NCBI GenBank assembly: GCA_035084275.1
Contig: CM068754.1
Span: 10,850,001 to 10,914,000, forward strand
Source: Hydrolagus colliei
Taxonomy: Eukaryota
Reading direction: 5' to 3'
Length of the DNA: 64,000 nucleotides
The notes under the pieces were generated by a model that worked only from the letters and a program-made list of their open reading frames with translations, did no database searches and was not told the DNA's origin. Both the position numbers and the translations under genes were made by a program. Of the stretch, positions 12,995 through 25,715 are shown one piece after another; the first letter of the stretch is position 1; every line of letters begins with the position of its first letter.

Positions 12995-13400
12995 ACATCC
13001 TGTAGCTCATCGGTTAGAGCGCTTCACGAGTGAGAGGACCTGGGTTCGATAACCCAGCAGTGCAAAAGAAGAAGAACAACAACAACAACTTGCAGTTATA
13101 TAATCCCCTCCACACCAGGCAGTGTCTCAGAGCACTCGAGATTGGGCAAAACATTTAGCAAGTTTCTTTACCCCACAGGCCTCCGTTTACCTAGTGGCAA
13201 GTAGGAACCCAGTTGTTAGTCGATTGGGAGATCACATTTTTGGGGGTAATAACTCCCACAAACATTTTTTTTTAAAACAATAATAATTTAGTCACTAAAC
13301 CTATGACTGTTTGTGGGTTGTGCTGCGTGTAGTCGGCTGCCGCATTTCGCCCACAAAACATACAGTCAAGCCATTGTGCAGTGCATTCTATGAAGAGCTT
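12995..13400 (+). mobile_element. Long-form SINE variant with an L2 tail inserted at about 13068-13152
   Basis: tRNA head at 12997-13065. Opposite-strand (caa)n L2 tail flanked by GCAAAA. Then an extended central segment (gcctccgtttacctagtggcaagtaggaacc) and the shared 3' block. Confidence 0.78.
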
Positions 13401-14496
13401 ACTTTTCAATCCTTCTGTATCTTTCCCCCATCCCTTATCTATTGCCTTATGAATTTTTTAGTTATCCGTATTGATGCGAGTACAAATATTTAGATGACAC
13501 CGCATTATCCAGATTAGTGTCTTCTAATTTGCAAAATGGGAGCTAGCATACGCTTAGTTTCCTCAGCACTGATTTTTATGCCAAACCTTTTTGCTGGCTG
13601 GGTACATTTTATGTCAATAGCTGCTGGCATTCTTCTTCTGCTTTATTCATGAGCACAATGTCATTGGAAAAAAAAGTTGTTTGTCAGCAGGCAGCCATTA
13701 ACGATGACCCCACTTAGATGCTGTGCTGTTGCCTCACGTGTAAAGCATTTGGAAATGATTTTTTTTAAAAAACAGTACAAAAATCTAACCATGTTCTAAG
13801 CAGAACTGATAATCCTTCTTATATTCTAGAGATGAACTGTAGAGATGAACCTTGACTGATGAGGATTTGCTAAGGACCATTCCAATATAGCCTACAGCTT
13901 GAATTTGTGACCACCCAACCCCACACACACCCAAGTAGGCATGCATGAGCAGTAGAAGTAGAACTAGTACAGTGATATGATGAGCATATTGAGAGCAAGA
14001 TTTGATCTTCCACTAAATGACCTAGTATTTTCCATTCTACTTTGATGGCTGTACGATCACTAAACTTAATGGCAGTCTCTTGTCTCTGCATATTTTCATC
14101 ATTTGCGTATAACATACTACAGCTGTCAGAATCAAAATACTGTGGTCAATGACTCAGGTAAACAAAGCGAACCCTCAAATGCTAGAATTTGGCATAGAGT
14201 TCAGTGAGACATAACCGATCGAGTCGGTAAAGCCTCGGAATGAGGGCGATGGAGAAATAAAACGTTTCCAAGCACAAAATTGACCTCATACGATCTCATT
14301 GTTAAACAGGACAGCTTGATCACTTTGTGGTAGAGGCAACCTGCACCTGCCCAGGGATATTACCAGGAATAGTGCTCCTTCCTGGTGCAGTGTGAATAAC
14401 CAGCTCATTCCATTGCTCAATGCACATTGCGAGGAGATGGCTCTTGGTGGTAAAATCACGGCAAACCTGAATTAATAAGCGACTGAAATGCTCTTA

Positions 14497-14640
14497 GCAA
14501 CAACAGCAACAACTTGCACTTATATAGCATCCTCCACGCAGGGCAGCATCTCAGAGCGCTTAACAGTGGCAGAGCCTGACATTGGGGCGGGGATGGGGGA
14601 GGGTGGGGGGGTTGAGTGGCCGTAAGCGCGGTCACAAAGG
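14497..14640 (-). mobile_element. L2 3' tail fragment
   Basis: (caa)n cttgcacttatatagcatcctccacgcagggcagcatctcagagcgct. Confidence 0.75.
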
Positions 14641-16059
14641 GAAAGGACACTACCCTTAATTACAGGAAACTACAAGACTATTTCTGAGATCTGATGCCAT
14701 TACTATCTCTTCCACTGCTGATACAAGCTACTGGAATTCCTCAGCAGGATCGATCTGTTCATTGAGTTTGCCTGTCTGGATGCACAGGCTGAGCAGAACA
14801 CCTTGGCAACAGACTCCAGCATAAATGCCCGTGGCCATACACTATAGGCTGTGAAGCAACTGAGACCTCCAGAAGACATGAAACCACCATATCAAATGCA
14901 AGGATTATTATCATTTATTATAACCGTTGCTCATGAACTCTTGAGCAGTTCTAGATTGCAGTTTTGCGAGCATGCTATTCTACTCACTGATGTATCTAAC
15001 TACTATATAATGCTTATCAAAGTTAAATAAATTATACAGGACCACAGAAGGGTTTGCAGTTAATTACTCAAGGACAGTTAATATTTAATACAAAAAAATC
15101 TATTTTAAATATTGCACCAGCAATACACAATGTTTCCTCCAGAAATCCTCTGCACCAAACTATGTAATAGAGAAGGGCTTATCTACCTTACAACCTGCTA
15201 CCAGCTGACTGAAAGTAATCTCTCAAGTGTTGTGCTGAATGCTGCCATAATAGTTGTCAAATCAAAGGCACTAGAAAAGCTGACATTTTGTTTTCAAGCT
15301 ACAACTCGTTTGATTAAATATTCTGTGGTCCTGCAAAATTTCTTTAACTTTGATAAGCAGTATAATTTGGATACATCAATGAGTAGAATAACATGCTTGT
15401 AAAATTGCAATCTAGAAGTACTGGAGAGTTCATGAGCTACAATTAAGATTAAATAAGATGGATGTAGTATTTATTTCAAGATCATCATCTCATCTTCCTA
15501 ACAGGATCAAATTTGCAGCTGGTAAAATGCGGCCTAAATTGATGACTGCATTTCACAAAATATTGTCCACGCATAGGCAATTAATGTTCTATGCACTAAC
15601 ACAAACATGACATGAAAGTAATGCGAATTCTTTGCAATAGAAACCAATCTGCCCAGGGGTATTTTTTATTTTAAAAAATTGAACAATATTGAACTTTAAC
15701 ACATTTCTCATGACACTTCTGTTGCTTCTGTCAGCAAATTGAATATCTTAATAACTTATTAAGGTCAATCATCAGGGTGAATTGGAGGCTGAAACATGTC
15801 AAGGTAACTACCAAGTATCCATTAAGCATCTGGGGTCCACAATTGTACTAGCTTCTGTCACTCTTCATGTATGCTTCTGGCAATCATTTTCTTTCCTTCA
15901 AATAAATACATAGGGCAACAAAAGTTAATGCAATTACACAATAGATTGTTAGACTTCACAGACAATGTGATTTTATGTTTCCTAAAGCAAAATCTAACTA
16001 CCGTACCTGGTTCAGTTGCAGTGTGTAAAAAAAGAAGTGATGTGTTATTTTCTTTATAA

Positions 16060-16230
16060 CAGGAGGCCATCAAAGCTATCCTTTCTGATCCTAACTCCTT
16101 GCTTTTTTCCATCCCATTCCTTTTTTTTAAAAAAAAACACTATTCATCTGGTCCCCTTTTAAAATGCTGTCATGGACTCCACTTCAACCACCATTTGCAA
16201 TAAGGCATCCATAATCTAACAACCCTCATT
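16060..16230 (-). mobile_element. Degenerate CR1-like LINE 3' fragment
   Basis: caggaggccatc... and ttttaaaatgctgtcatggactccacttcaaccacc...aacaaccctc resemble the reverse complement of CR1 3' ends. Confidence 0.5.
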
Positions 16231-16261
16231 AGCTACATGTTTCACATTTGTTTGTCTCAAG

Positions 16262-16510
16262 AATAATAATAATCCTTGCATTTGATACTGTGCTTTTCAT
16301 ATCTTCTAGACGTCTCAAAGCACTTCACAGAATATACTGTAAAGTGATTTGACTGTATATTTGTGGGCGAAACGCGGCAGCCAATTACGGATTATTATAA
16401 AGCATGTGGAGTAAGGAAACTTGCCCAAGGTTTCGCCCTGACCTGCCTGGATTCGAAATACAGGTCTTACACTTGTAAGGTGAATGCTCTAACCACTGAG
16501 CTACAGAACT
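16262..16510 (-). mobile_element. tRNA-headed SINE with internal deletion
   Basis: Head (gctctaaccactgagctacag) and tail are intact; the segment between gcagccaatt and ggattatta is missing. Confidence 0.88.
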
Positions 16511-18231
16511 ACCTACCTTTGTTTGATTTATTTTTCAAATAACTGGTGGAAGAACAATATCTGAATGAGCTGCCTCAGTAAGCTTATGCCCTTTTTGAAT
16601 AGTAGATAATGACAATGCCTAATATTAGTGTTTCTGCACTTGTGTATGATTACACAGAATAACGTTTCACTGAAATTGTTTGATTTGAAGAGTTGAATAT
16701 GCTGAGCACTCTGCTGGACTGACACCAATGGGTTCATGTCTCTGTGTTCATATCTATTACTGCAGCAGGTTTGCTTAGTTTGAATGGAATAAATGAGGTG
16801 ATGTCTTTGTCTGACAATGATTTTATAGAAGAATGTGTCATCCTTGTTCCATCGTCCCTTTTGAATAGTCACCTGCTAACATGTTTTGTTTCTTTGGAAA
16901 CCAGCAATGGGAAAAAAAACATCTGCAATGCAGTGGTATCATTGAAATCAGTGGTAATGGGCCATGGGAAAAGGAAGAAAGTGAAACGCTGTGTGTGGAA
17001 AAAAAAATGAATTGCTAAAGTATATAATGTACTGCAGCAGATCTCACATCTGCTGCACAAAAAGCCTTTCACAGCGACCATGCTTTGTCTGCTGAAAAAC
17101 TCCTCAAAAGTGAGATTATGGTGCAAGAACGGCACACATCAGAAACAAACTAAATGTAATATTACAAGTATGTCGCTTACTGTAAATACTCCGATTTAGA
17201 ATCAATGTACAATGACTGCAGCTAAGTTTCCTAAGGCCTGGCTTCAGTGCTCACAGATCCTCTCAGAAAACACTAAGCTGTTCCTTTATTACATGGTTGT
17301 CTTCATATATGCTTAAGGGTAACCATTGACTATTTGGCTTGAATGGATTTTCCCTGATTAAGACTATACAGACTGTTTATGTTCATTTGATCTGTATTTA
17401 ACTAAAATAGGATTAGTCTCTTATCCAGAGGAAAACATGGGGATTCACCAAAACAATCAACCTTTCTATATTTTCAGAGAAGTATGGACCACAAAGAAAT
17501 ATCAGGCCACAAATGCGACATTTCCAGAGTGTAATTGCTATCAGATTCAATTGCAGGGTATAAGCTTGAACATTTCCATACGAGAACAATAAACTACAGT
17601 ATTGCTGACAGGCATTTCCCGTTTTACAACACTCATTCCCACCTTGTCTTCTTCAGAATCCAAACATTTATAACATTAATGCCTGGAACATCTCTCAGTG
17701 ACCCATTCGAATTTTCACACTAGTTGTTAACCAATTTGATATTATACTTGTAAAAGCTTATCTTTGCCACTTGTTAGGCAAGCCTAAATCATATATGTGC
17801 AAACAGCTGCTTTGAATTAAATTAGGGAGAGAGATTGAAAAGGAGAGGAATAATTTGGTAGCATTTGCCATTGTACACGATTCACACAGTGACATTATAG
17901 AGGCTGAAGGAATGGGGAATTAGAGTAGGAGCACTCTCTAAAATGTGAGAAAATAAATTTTTATAACCCAAAAAATGCAATAATGGGGTAAATGCCTTCA
18001 TTTGATGATGTTTGAGTATATTCTAACTATTATTGTTGAGAACCCACACCAAGAACATTTTAAAACAATACCTTCAGAAAATAGCTGAGACAACATGACT
18101 TTGCTCAGTCCCAGTCTGATCTTATTCATTTTCAGCATCTCACCACAAGTATATGCTTCAAACCCAATGCATCTCCTGGATCACCTGATTTACCTCGAAA
18201 AACAATCACCTGTTTCACATCATAATTGATA

Positions 18232-18526
18232 GAGTCCTATAGCTCAGTGGTTAGAGCACTCGCCTTACAAACGAGAGACCTGGGTTTGATTCCAGTTAGG
18301 GCAAAACCTTGGGCAAGTTTCTTTATTCCACATGCCTAATAATAATCCCTCAAATAAAAAATTGGTCATTTCAATCCACGACTGTTTGTGGGACACTGCT
18401 GAATGCAATTGGCTGCCGTGTTGTGGCCATATGTATGCAGTCAATTCACAGTATACTCCGTGAAGCGCTTTGAGGGGTTTAGAAGATGTGAAAAGTGCTA
18501 TATCAAATGCAAGGATTATTATCATC
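18232..18526 (+). mobile_element. Full-length tRNA-headed SINE
   Basis: gagtcctatagctcagtggttagagcactcgcc...aagtgctatatcaaatgcaaggattatt. Confidence 0.9.
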
Positions 18527-18631
18527 ATAGATTTTTATGTATACATTCTGCCAACAGCTTATCCCAATTGTCTACTTTAATTGCTTCAGGTTTAATAATA
18601 CTCTCATTGTTACCATCACAACCTATTGAGC

Positions 18632-18930
18632 AACAAACAAACAAACAACAAACAAAACTTACATTTATATAGCGCCTTTCACGTCGAGAGGACATCCCAA
18701 GGCGCTGTACAGTCAGGTAGGACAAGAGCAGGGTGGGAAGGATCAGGGCAGGATGAAGAATAGTAGGAAAAGTAACTGTATATTAGTGGGCGAAACGCGG
18801 CAGCCAAATTGCGCACAGCAGTGTCCCACAATCAGTCACGGAAGTGGGACTTAGGGGCAAAAGGGGGTAAAGAAGCAAAAGGGGAGGGGTCGAGGCAGGG
18901 GGAAGAAAGGCAGGAAAGTCGACTGTATAT
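18632..18930 (-). mobile_element. L2-type 3' end carrying the block shared with the SINE (candidate partner-LINE 3'UTR)
   Basis: (caaa)n tail plus catttatatagcgcctttcacgtc, purine-rich spacer, then gtgggcgaaacgcggcagccaaattgcgcacagcagtgtcccaca with CpGs retained. Confidence 0.7.
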
Positions 18931-19584
18931 AGTATAAGTGACTTAAAAAAATTAACTCACTTGATTTCTTCAGAACTTGTGGCAAACCAGCTTCTCCATC
19001 ATCCGTTGTCCTTCCTGAATTCATTCCTCTTCTCATGTTGGCTAATGAGACCTGGCAACCTATCGGCAAGCTGTTTCTCCTCCAGACAGCATTTTCCTCC
19101 TTTACGTCTTCATCATCATCCTTCTCTCTGCATCTATTAGTTTACTACTGACACCATCTGTGTGACACCTCTGAAATGACATGAACAACACTTTCCATTC
19201 CAATTTTTTAAAAGATTTCACCTTTGCTCCCAGCTGTATCTCCCCCTCACTTCAACTCTTTCTGTGCTTTTTAACCTCAAGGTATTTTACCAAATGACCA
19301 CAATCACTTAATTTACCTTTAACAATAATCACCTGTTTTCAATTTATACGACTATCCAATTCATGGAGGTTCTCAGTTGTATAGTATAAATACCAACCAT
19401 CCAACTAAAGCAGATTATTAGTCCCTCTATTAATTACAAACAATTTCTGTAAGTATTCAAAACCGTGAAGTAAATTAACACTTCAATTCACAAGTAAAAT
19501 ATTTCCTTAAGCAAATCTTAATTCATAAATTCGGTTTTTAATTTTTTAAAATTAATTTGTAAATGTGCTGCTTGAGGTTGTGTT

Positions 19585-19912
19585 CAGTTGTCAAGATGCC
19601 GTCTTTTGGTTGAGACATTAAACTGAGGTCCTGTCTGCATATTTCCTAACGGTGCCATGGACATTAAAGATTCCATGGCACTGTTCGAAAAGAGAAGGGA
19701 GTTTCTCCTGATATACTAGCAAACAATCCTCCAAATAAAATTAGTGAATAACTTCATACCTGTTTGTAGGACATTGCTGTATCAATTGGCTGCTGCATTT
19801 CACCCAAAAAATACACAATCGCTCCATTCCACAGTAAATCCTGTGAAGCACTTTGAAATGTCTTTCCAATGTGATAAAATGCGATATCAAATGCAAGGAT
19901 TAATTATCTATT
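19585..19912 (+). mobile_element. Deu-domain SINE (SacSINE1/AmnSINE1-like), 5'-truncated
   Basis: gatgccgtcttttggttgagacattaaactgaggtcctgtctgc...taaagattccatggcactgttcgaaaagagaagggagtttctcctg matches the recalled Deu consensus. L2-type tail. Confidence 0.8.
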
Positions 19913-20077
19913 ATTTAAATTGAGGCAGATTATTAACCAAATCTCCCACTGTAATTATGTGAATGATATGATGATGTTCAAACTTTTTAAGGCAGAAGCT
20001 ATGTTAGCAGCTTAAGGTGAAACAGAATATGAAAATGGAAAATTTGGAGAATTGCAAATTGCTGTATTTCTCTCTTT

Positions 20078-20116
20078 CGGTCATTCGGTCATTCATTCAT
20101 TCATTCATTCATTCAC
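20078..20116 (+). repeat. (TCAT)n microsatellite
   Basis: ggtcattcggtcattcattcattcattcattcattcac. Confidence 0.9.
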
Positions 20117-22464
20117 TCACACATACACAGACCAGCACAACTGCTGAAACCAGTGCACCCAAGAACTCCCCCTCTGACATTAGGTTAGAAAAAAATATAT
20201 ATATATTTAACAAATCCTTCCCACAAGTACAGTACCTGGAATCGTAAATAAAGCCTTTTCATCCTGCTGCATTCTGTGCTGGATTCACTGCAGGATTTGT
20301 TTGCACTGCAGCAATTATATCCTTTTTCTATTAGTTCACAATAAAATGTGGTGTTCCCCTAATGCAGTGTAAGAAAGGCTAATCTGCCAGGCCAAACTGA
20401 AATAATCCAGGTGCGGACAGTGCAACGCCATGAAAGAGCCGCAAAGCATGTTTCAGTAGCAGTGTGTAATTAGATCTGCAATTTAAAGGTGTCTTTAATC
20501 AATGACTCAAAACTATAATCCACCTTAAATACGTAGAATTTATAAAAATTGTAACTAGCCTTCCCTCCTAACGTGTACAATTATCCAGTCAGCTGGGCCA
20601 CGGCATGATGGCGTGTTTTCTATCTGCCAACTGCCACTCGCAACAGTGCTCATTTGATGGACGGCTTCTTTCTTTACTGTTGGGCAGGAAGTATCAATCT
20701 GAATGTAGAAAGGGGGCCCATGATTCTGAATCAGGATATTGTATTTTTACCAGCAAACACGGGAACTTGTTAAAAAGATGAAACTCAGTGTGGTCAACTG
20801 GCTAATGTAACATTTTGACACGTGCATCCACCTGAACAGGATCTGTTGTATTGTCGTGATTGTCAATGAGAGTAGGAGAAGAGCACAATTGAAGGAGAAA
20901 GGCAAGCTCTTCTCAGAATGTGGATGTTTGTTTAAGGAATGCTCACTCAGCCGATAGTTTACCTTAAATCATGATTATAATTTAAACTATAATACAGTAT
21001 AGAAATATCTTCCTCCCTTGCTGTTAAGTGGGTGTATGTCAGAGCTCAGACCAGATTGACTCAGAGGCTCCCAAATTGCCTGTGGTCACAGGCTACTGGA
21101 GAAAGATACTGGGTATCTTCCAGCGCTAATGGGATTGTACTTCAGTATGAATCAGCACCCTCAGGAAAAGAAAGATAAAAGGGAGAAGTTGAAAATAAAA
21201 TTGGTCCAGTAAAAATGATACATTGGCAGTGTGCTTCCTGTTGTCACGACAAAGTTACAAACAAAAATGGTTTGCAAAAACGGCCAAAGCAGTCGTTGAC
21301 ATATTGACGTTGACTTCATTAACACCTTTGCTCACAACTGAAGTGCCCTGCAGGGCATCAAACTAAATCTGAACGGTTACATCAGCGAATAGAAAAAAAG
21401 GGGGGAAAACAAAGAAAACAAAAGATCATTAGTGAAGATTCATGACCATAATTGGGGAGATGATGTGTAGGATGCAAAAGTGCTTACAAGCCAATTTGGT
21501 GGTCTAATGTACCGATTATGCAGCACCACAGACATTGATTTAGCATTAAGCCGTAATTTCTCTATCTCACTCCTTCACACAATAGGCAGAAAATACAAAC
21601 TTCAGCTAATTGCAATAACTACCAACCACTAAAATGTCATCATAATTTCAGCTGAGTACAAGCAACCGATTATCATATTAACATACATAAAATTGGATAT
21701 GTTTAGTAGCTTACTGTTAAATGACCAAACCATGTCAAAACAGCAGTATATTACTAATTGTGGTACTTATGCTTTTAGAAATAACCATTTAAATTGTGTT
21801 TCAATGCAATGGGATCCCTTTAAGCAAAGCACTGCAGAGGAAATAACGATCAACTGGGAAATGGGTCATTTTGAGACTATTGATTGAAGGGAAGTAAACA
21901 GGATTCTTTGTTAATTCTGATCACAATCAGCTTGTACACAATTGCATTTCCGTGGGAGCTGTAATCATGCCTTTAGTCTGTCTGCGCTTTTCATTTCAAC
22001 CGAGGGTTGAAAAATATTATGTTGAATAATAGATTTGTTACAGTAATTGCATCAGGGATGACATGTTGAATTTATCACTTGCAGGTTTCAATGCAGGTTG
22101 CTTTGATGGTGAGCTCTAATGTATTGCGGTGGAACGAAGATTTTGCATAACTCCTAGGCATTAGAACTTTATTTTAAAAAGGCTCTTTGTGTACCTAGTA
22201 GATTCAGTATTAGGTTCTGTCCAATAATTCAATGTACTGTCCCTTGGCATCAACATTTGCACAGACATTTCCAGAACCAAGTCAGAACCTTGCATGACTG
22301 CAGGATTCAGTAATAAGCAATAATGCTAAAGACTCTGAATTGGCTATAATTCAATAGGACACTTGTAATGACAATTTCATATTGCGTTGTGGTAAAAAAG
22401 ATTTCCTGAAGAAGGTGTTGATGAAATTTATTTTGCGCTGGTCATGTGGGGTAGCATCTTAGAA

Positions 22465-22720
22465 ACAGGAGGAGATTAGAGAATTGGAAGAGGAAAGTCT
22501 TCAGGTGTGATTTGAAGTTGGAAAAGGAGGGGACAAGGTAGAGAGACTGAAGCAGAGGGTTACAGAATCTTGAGGCAGAGTGGCTGAAAGCATGGCTGCC
22601 AATGGTGGAGCAGGTCGGAGAGTGCCAAGGCACAGAGTCGTGTATGTGAATGTGAGGATCTTGAAAATCGATCTTTGCTGCTATTTCCAGTGAAGCCTGG
22701 CAAGGACTGGGGTGATGAAT
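22465..22720 (-). mobile_element. L2 ORF2 3' relic
   Basis: gagtggctgaaagcatggctgccaatggtggag is shared with the 1465 and 63505 copies. Translation resembles an L2 ORF2 end (FKSHLKTFLF). Confidence 0.72.
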
Positions 22721-25593
22721 CTAGAGTTTAGTGCTCACTGCATTATTATATTACACCGATATTCTTAGAATATCACAGTTTTTAATATGTTGCATGCAGG
22801 AGACACTTTAAATGAAGAATTTTTTTTCATTTGGTACCTACTCTTTATTACAATTATACATGAAATATTACTCAACAAAGCACGCCAATATATGACTGCA
22901 ATGTAACCTCACGCTTGGGAATGTCTCCTATATTCTACACATAGAAATTTAATTTCAAAGGCACGTTGGAGTATTTCAGCATTTCCCATTGCACTGAGGA
23001 AATAGAAGTATCTCAGTGACTGATCTCCATGTGACTTGAAAATAGTGAGAGGAAATCTGGCACTTGGCCATGCCTGTTGTGCTATTAACCAATTCACTGG
23101 AGATGCCATTTGCCCCCAAAACAATTGATTGACGTTCGCTTAGAAAGAAAATAATTTCACTATCAGCTGCTTTATAGATTCAAGTGCCAAGTCATGTTAC
23201 TAAAGGTCAACTTTGATTGCTTTAGTCTCCCTGGTAAATTGAAGTAAAATCGTTTGTATAAGATTTGAATACTTCAAGGTGATAAGACAATGACACAGGT
23301 AAATATTATGATCCAAAACTGTATTTATTTTTTCCTCAATGGTGAAAGTTTTTACATATTTTGCGAAGCTTGGCTCGATATCCTTCCCAGATACACTTTG
23401 CAACTCGGCCCATTTTTAAATAATTATTTAGTCAGTGGCAAAAAAAAATCAGAAAATGTAATTTTTGTTATCATTGCTCATATTATAATAATAAATATGA
23501 ATGTCTACTTTCACATTTTCAACTGCAAAATGCCTGGGGATGTTGACAAAAAGTATTTTTTCCTTTTTTTTGTCAACTTCCCTGGTCATTTTTCACTTTG
23601 AAAATATTTTATTGAACTACGAGGGTAAACCTATTGAATTACACTTAGAAAATGTAATTTATCTGCAGAATAAATAGAAACATACAGATAACAGATTAAA
23701 AATACAGACTTCATTGGGTTAGCTCATCTCTCACCTGGACAAGCACCCTCCATAAAACCCACTAAATATAAAACATATGTCTAAAAGGTATTGTCTTCGC
23801 GATACGTGAAATACGGTATATAAATGTAATTTTGCTGCTGTTGTTGTTGGCAGAGGGAGAAAATTAGAGGATCTTAGTGCCATTTCCAGCACAATAATGT
23901 TGCACACACTCAAGGCTGTTAATGTAATCACATCACGAATAATCGCATTACAAATAGAAAAAACTTCCCCAAAAACTTTTCCCTGGAGTTGCACATGGTT
24001 TTCTTACATCTGTGTACATTATACAGCTGTGCAGAATCAGTTGCCTTTCTTCACTTGAAAGTCAAAGATCCCTCACTTTCAATCTTTGCACTGAGCAGCA
24101 CTGGTTTGTGTTCTTTTTTAAAATCAATACATTCACGCCTTGAGGTGAATATACATGTAGAACACTGAAGGAATGTTACCTTTTGTAGTCACGACCCTCA
24201 GCAAATCTCCCAATACCCACAAACAGCTCACATTTTGCTGAAGAACTTAAGATATTCAATTTTTTAATGTTATGAATTCCTAAATAATGAAACTCCACTT
24301 AGATTTTTATTTTAAAAAAGAGCTGACCGATATCCTGAGGCTACAAACCCAATCCTTTCACATAGTGGTATCCATTATGAAGGACTTGCTTAAGCCTGGG
24401 GCAAAATTTGGGAGTATTCACTGATTTACCGTTGAGGCTTCAAGCCAACCTAAAGTTCCCTCCATGTACAATTTCATATTTATTCTTAACTCGTCACAAA
24501 AATTAATGGTTTCTTCAATTAGAATATTGTATCTAAACAGGGTTAGTGACTGGATGGAACAAATATCATTTAGTTTTTTCTTGATGATTTTTTTCACTCA
24601 AAGAGATCAGGGACCAGGGATCGAAAGCTTTCTCACTTCAAACCTTTCCGAGTGCAATATGCCCCAGGCCTAGAGTAGAATCTTGCTCCTTTTGCTCTTC
24701 TTCAACCTTCTCATCAGTATTCATGATATATGCAGATAAATGAAAACAAGACTGTCCAAAATGTCCACAATTTCCAGTATCGACAGACTTAGCTTCAAAG
24801 ATTTTGCCGTTTTAGCGTAAATACTTTCTCATTATTTTACATAATCGTTTCTGTATGAACTAATGAATAATGCTACACATCTAATATGTGTGAGCCCCAT
24901 TAAGCTCTATTAGTTTTATTATAAGCCTATTTTAAAGATAATTGGTAATATGCCAAAATAAAAGAATCTATCAAAATATCATGGAGAAAAATAATCTTTC
25001 ATAAGTCTTACTCAGCGACAATAAATTGGAGAGATAATTCAAATTTGTCATTTTAATCTTCGGCAAGAGATTATATGATACGGCTTTAAATATTAACACA
25101 GATGGCATTTGGATGTGGGGCAATTTCATAGTGAAATAGCCTGGAGTCACAGAAATCCAGTTTGTGATTTTTGGTGCTTCTCAAAGGCTCTATTTTTTGT
25201 AAAATGCCAGCTACAATTGTTTAATACTGTGCTTGACAATATCACTGACATCATTTGTACGGCAATGCCAGCAGGCAGTGCCCTTTCATGTCACTAATGG
25301 GAGGGTAGCAGAGCTCCATGTATGTTATTGAAAATGCACTCACAGAGTGTGGGTGTCTTTTTTTTATACCAGACTCTTACACTGCTATAACTGAAAAGAG
25401 CTAAAAACATGTCCGGCTCTTTGCAATTAGTAGAGAAGAGAATAGGGATAATTATTTAAACCAAGCAAAAAAAGGTAGGTATTCTGGCCCTGGCTGTTGT
25501 TGCAAAGAAACATCCTGCAAAGTCTGGCTTATGCTGACATTTTTGAGATTGAGCCATCACGAGTAGGAATACCGTTCAAAGCTCTGAACATTC

Positions 25594-25715
25594 ACCAACA
25601 ACAACTTGTATTTGTATAGCAAACTTCATGCGGGGCAGTGTCCCAGAGCGGTTGACAGTGGCGGAGTCTGATTCTGAGCCGGGGTGGGGTGGGAATGAGG
25701 GGCATGTGCCGTTTA
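25594..25715 (-). mobile_element. L2 3' tail fragment
   Basis: (caa)n cttgtatttgtatagc...ggcagtgtcccagagcg, similar to 14497. Confidence 0.7.

Noticed and set aside
21020-21190. Possible ancient SINE relic (also about 53890-54005)
   Set aside because: It resembles an old vertebrate SINE from memory, but is too degenerate to name or delimit without a search.
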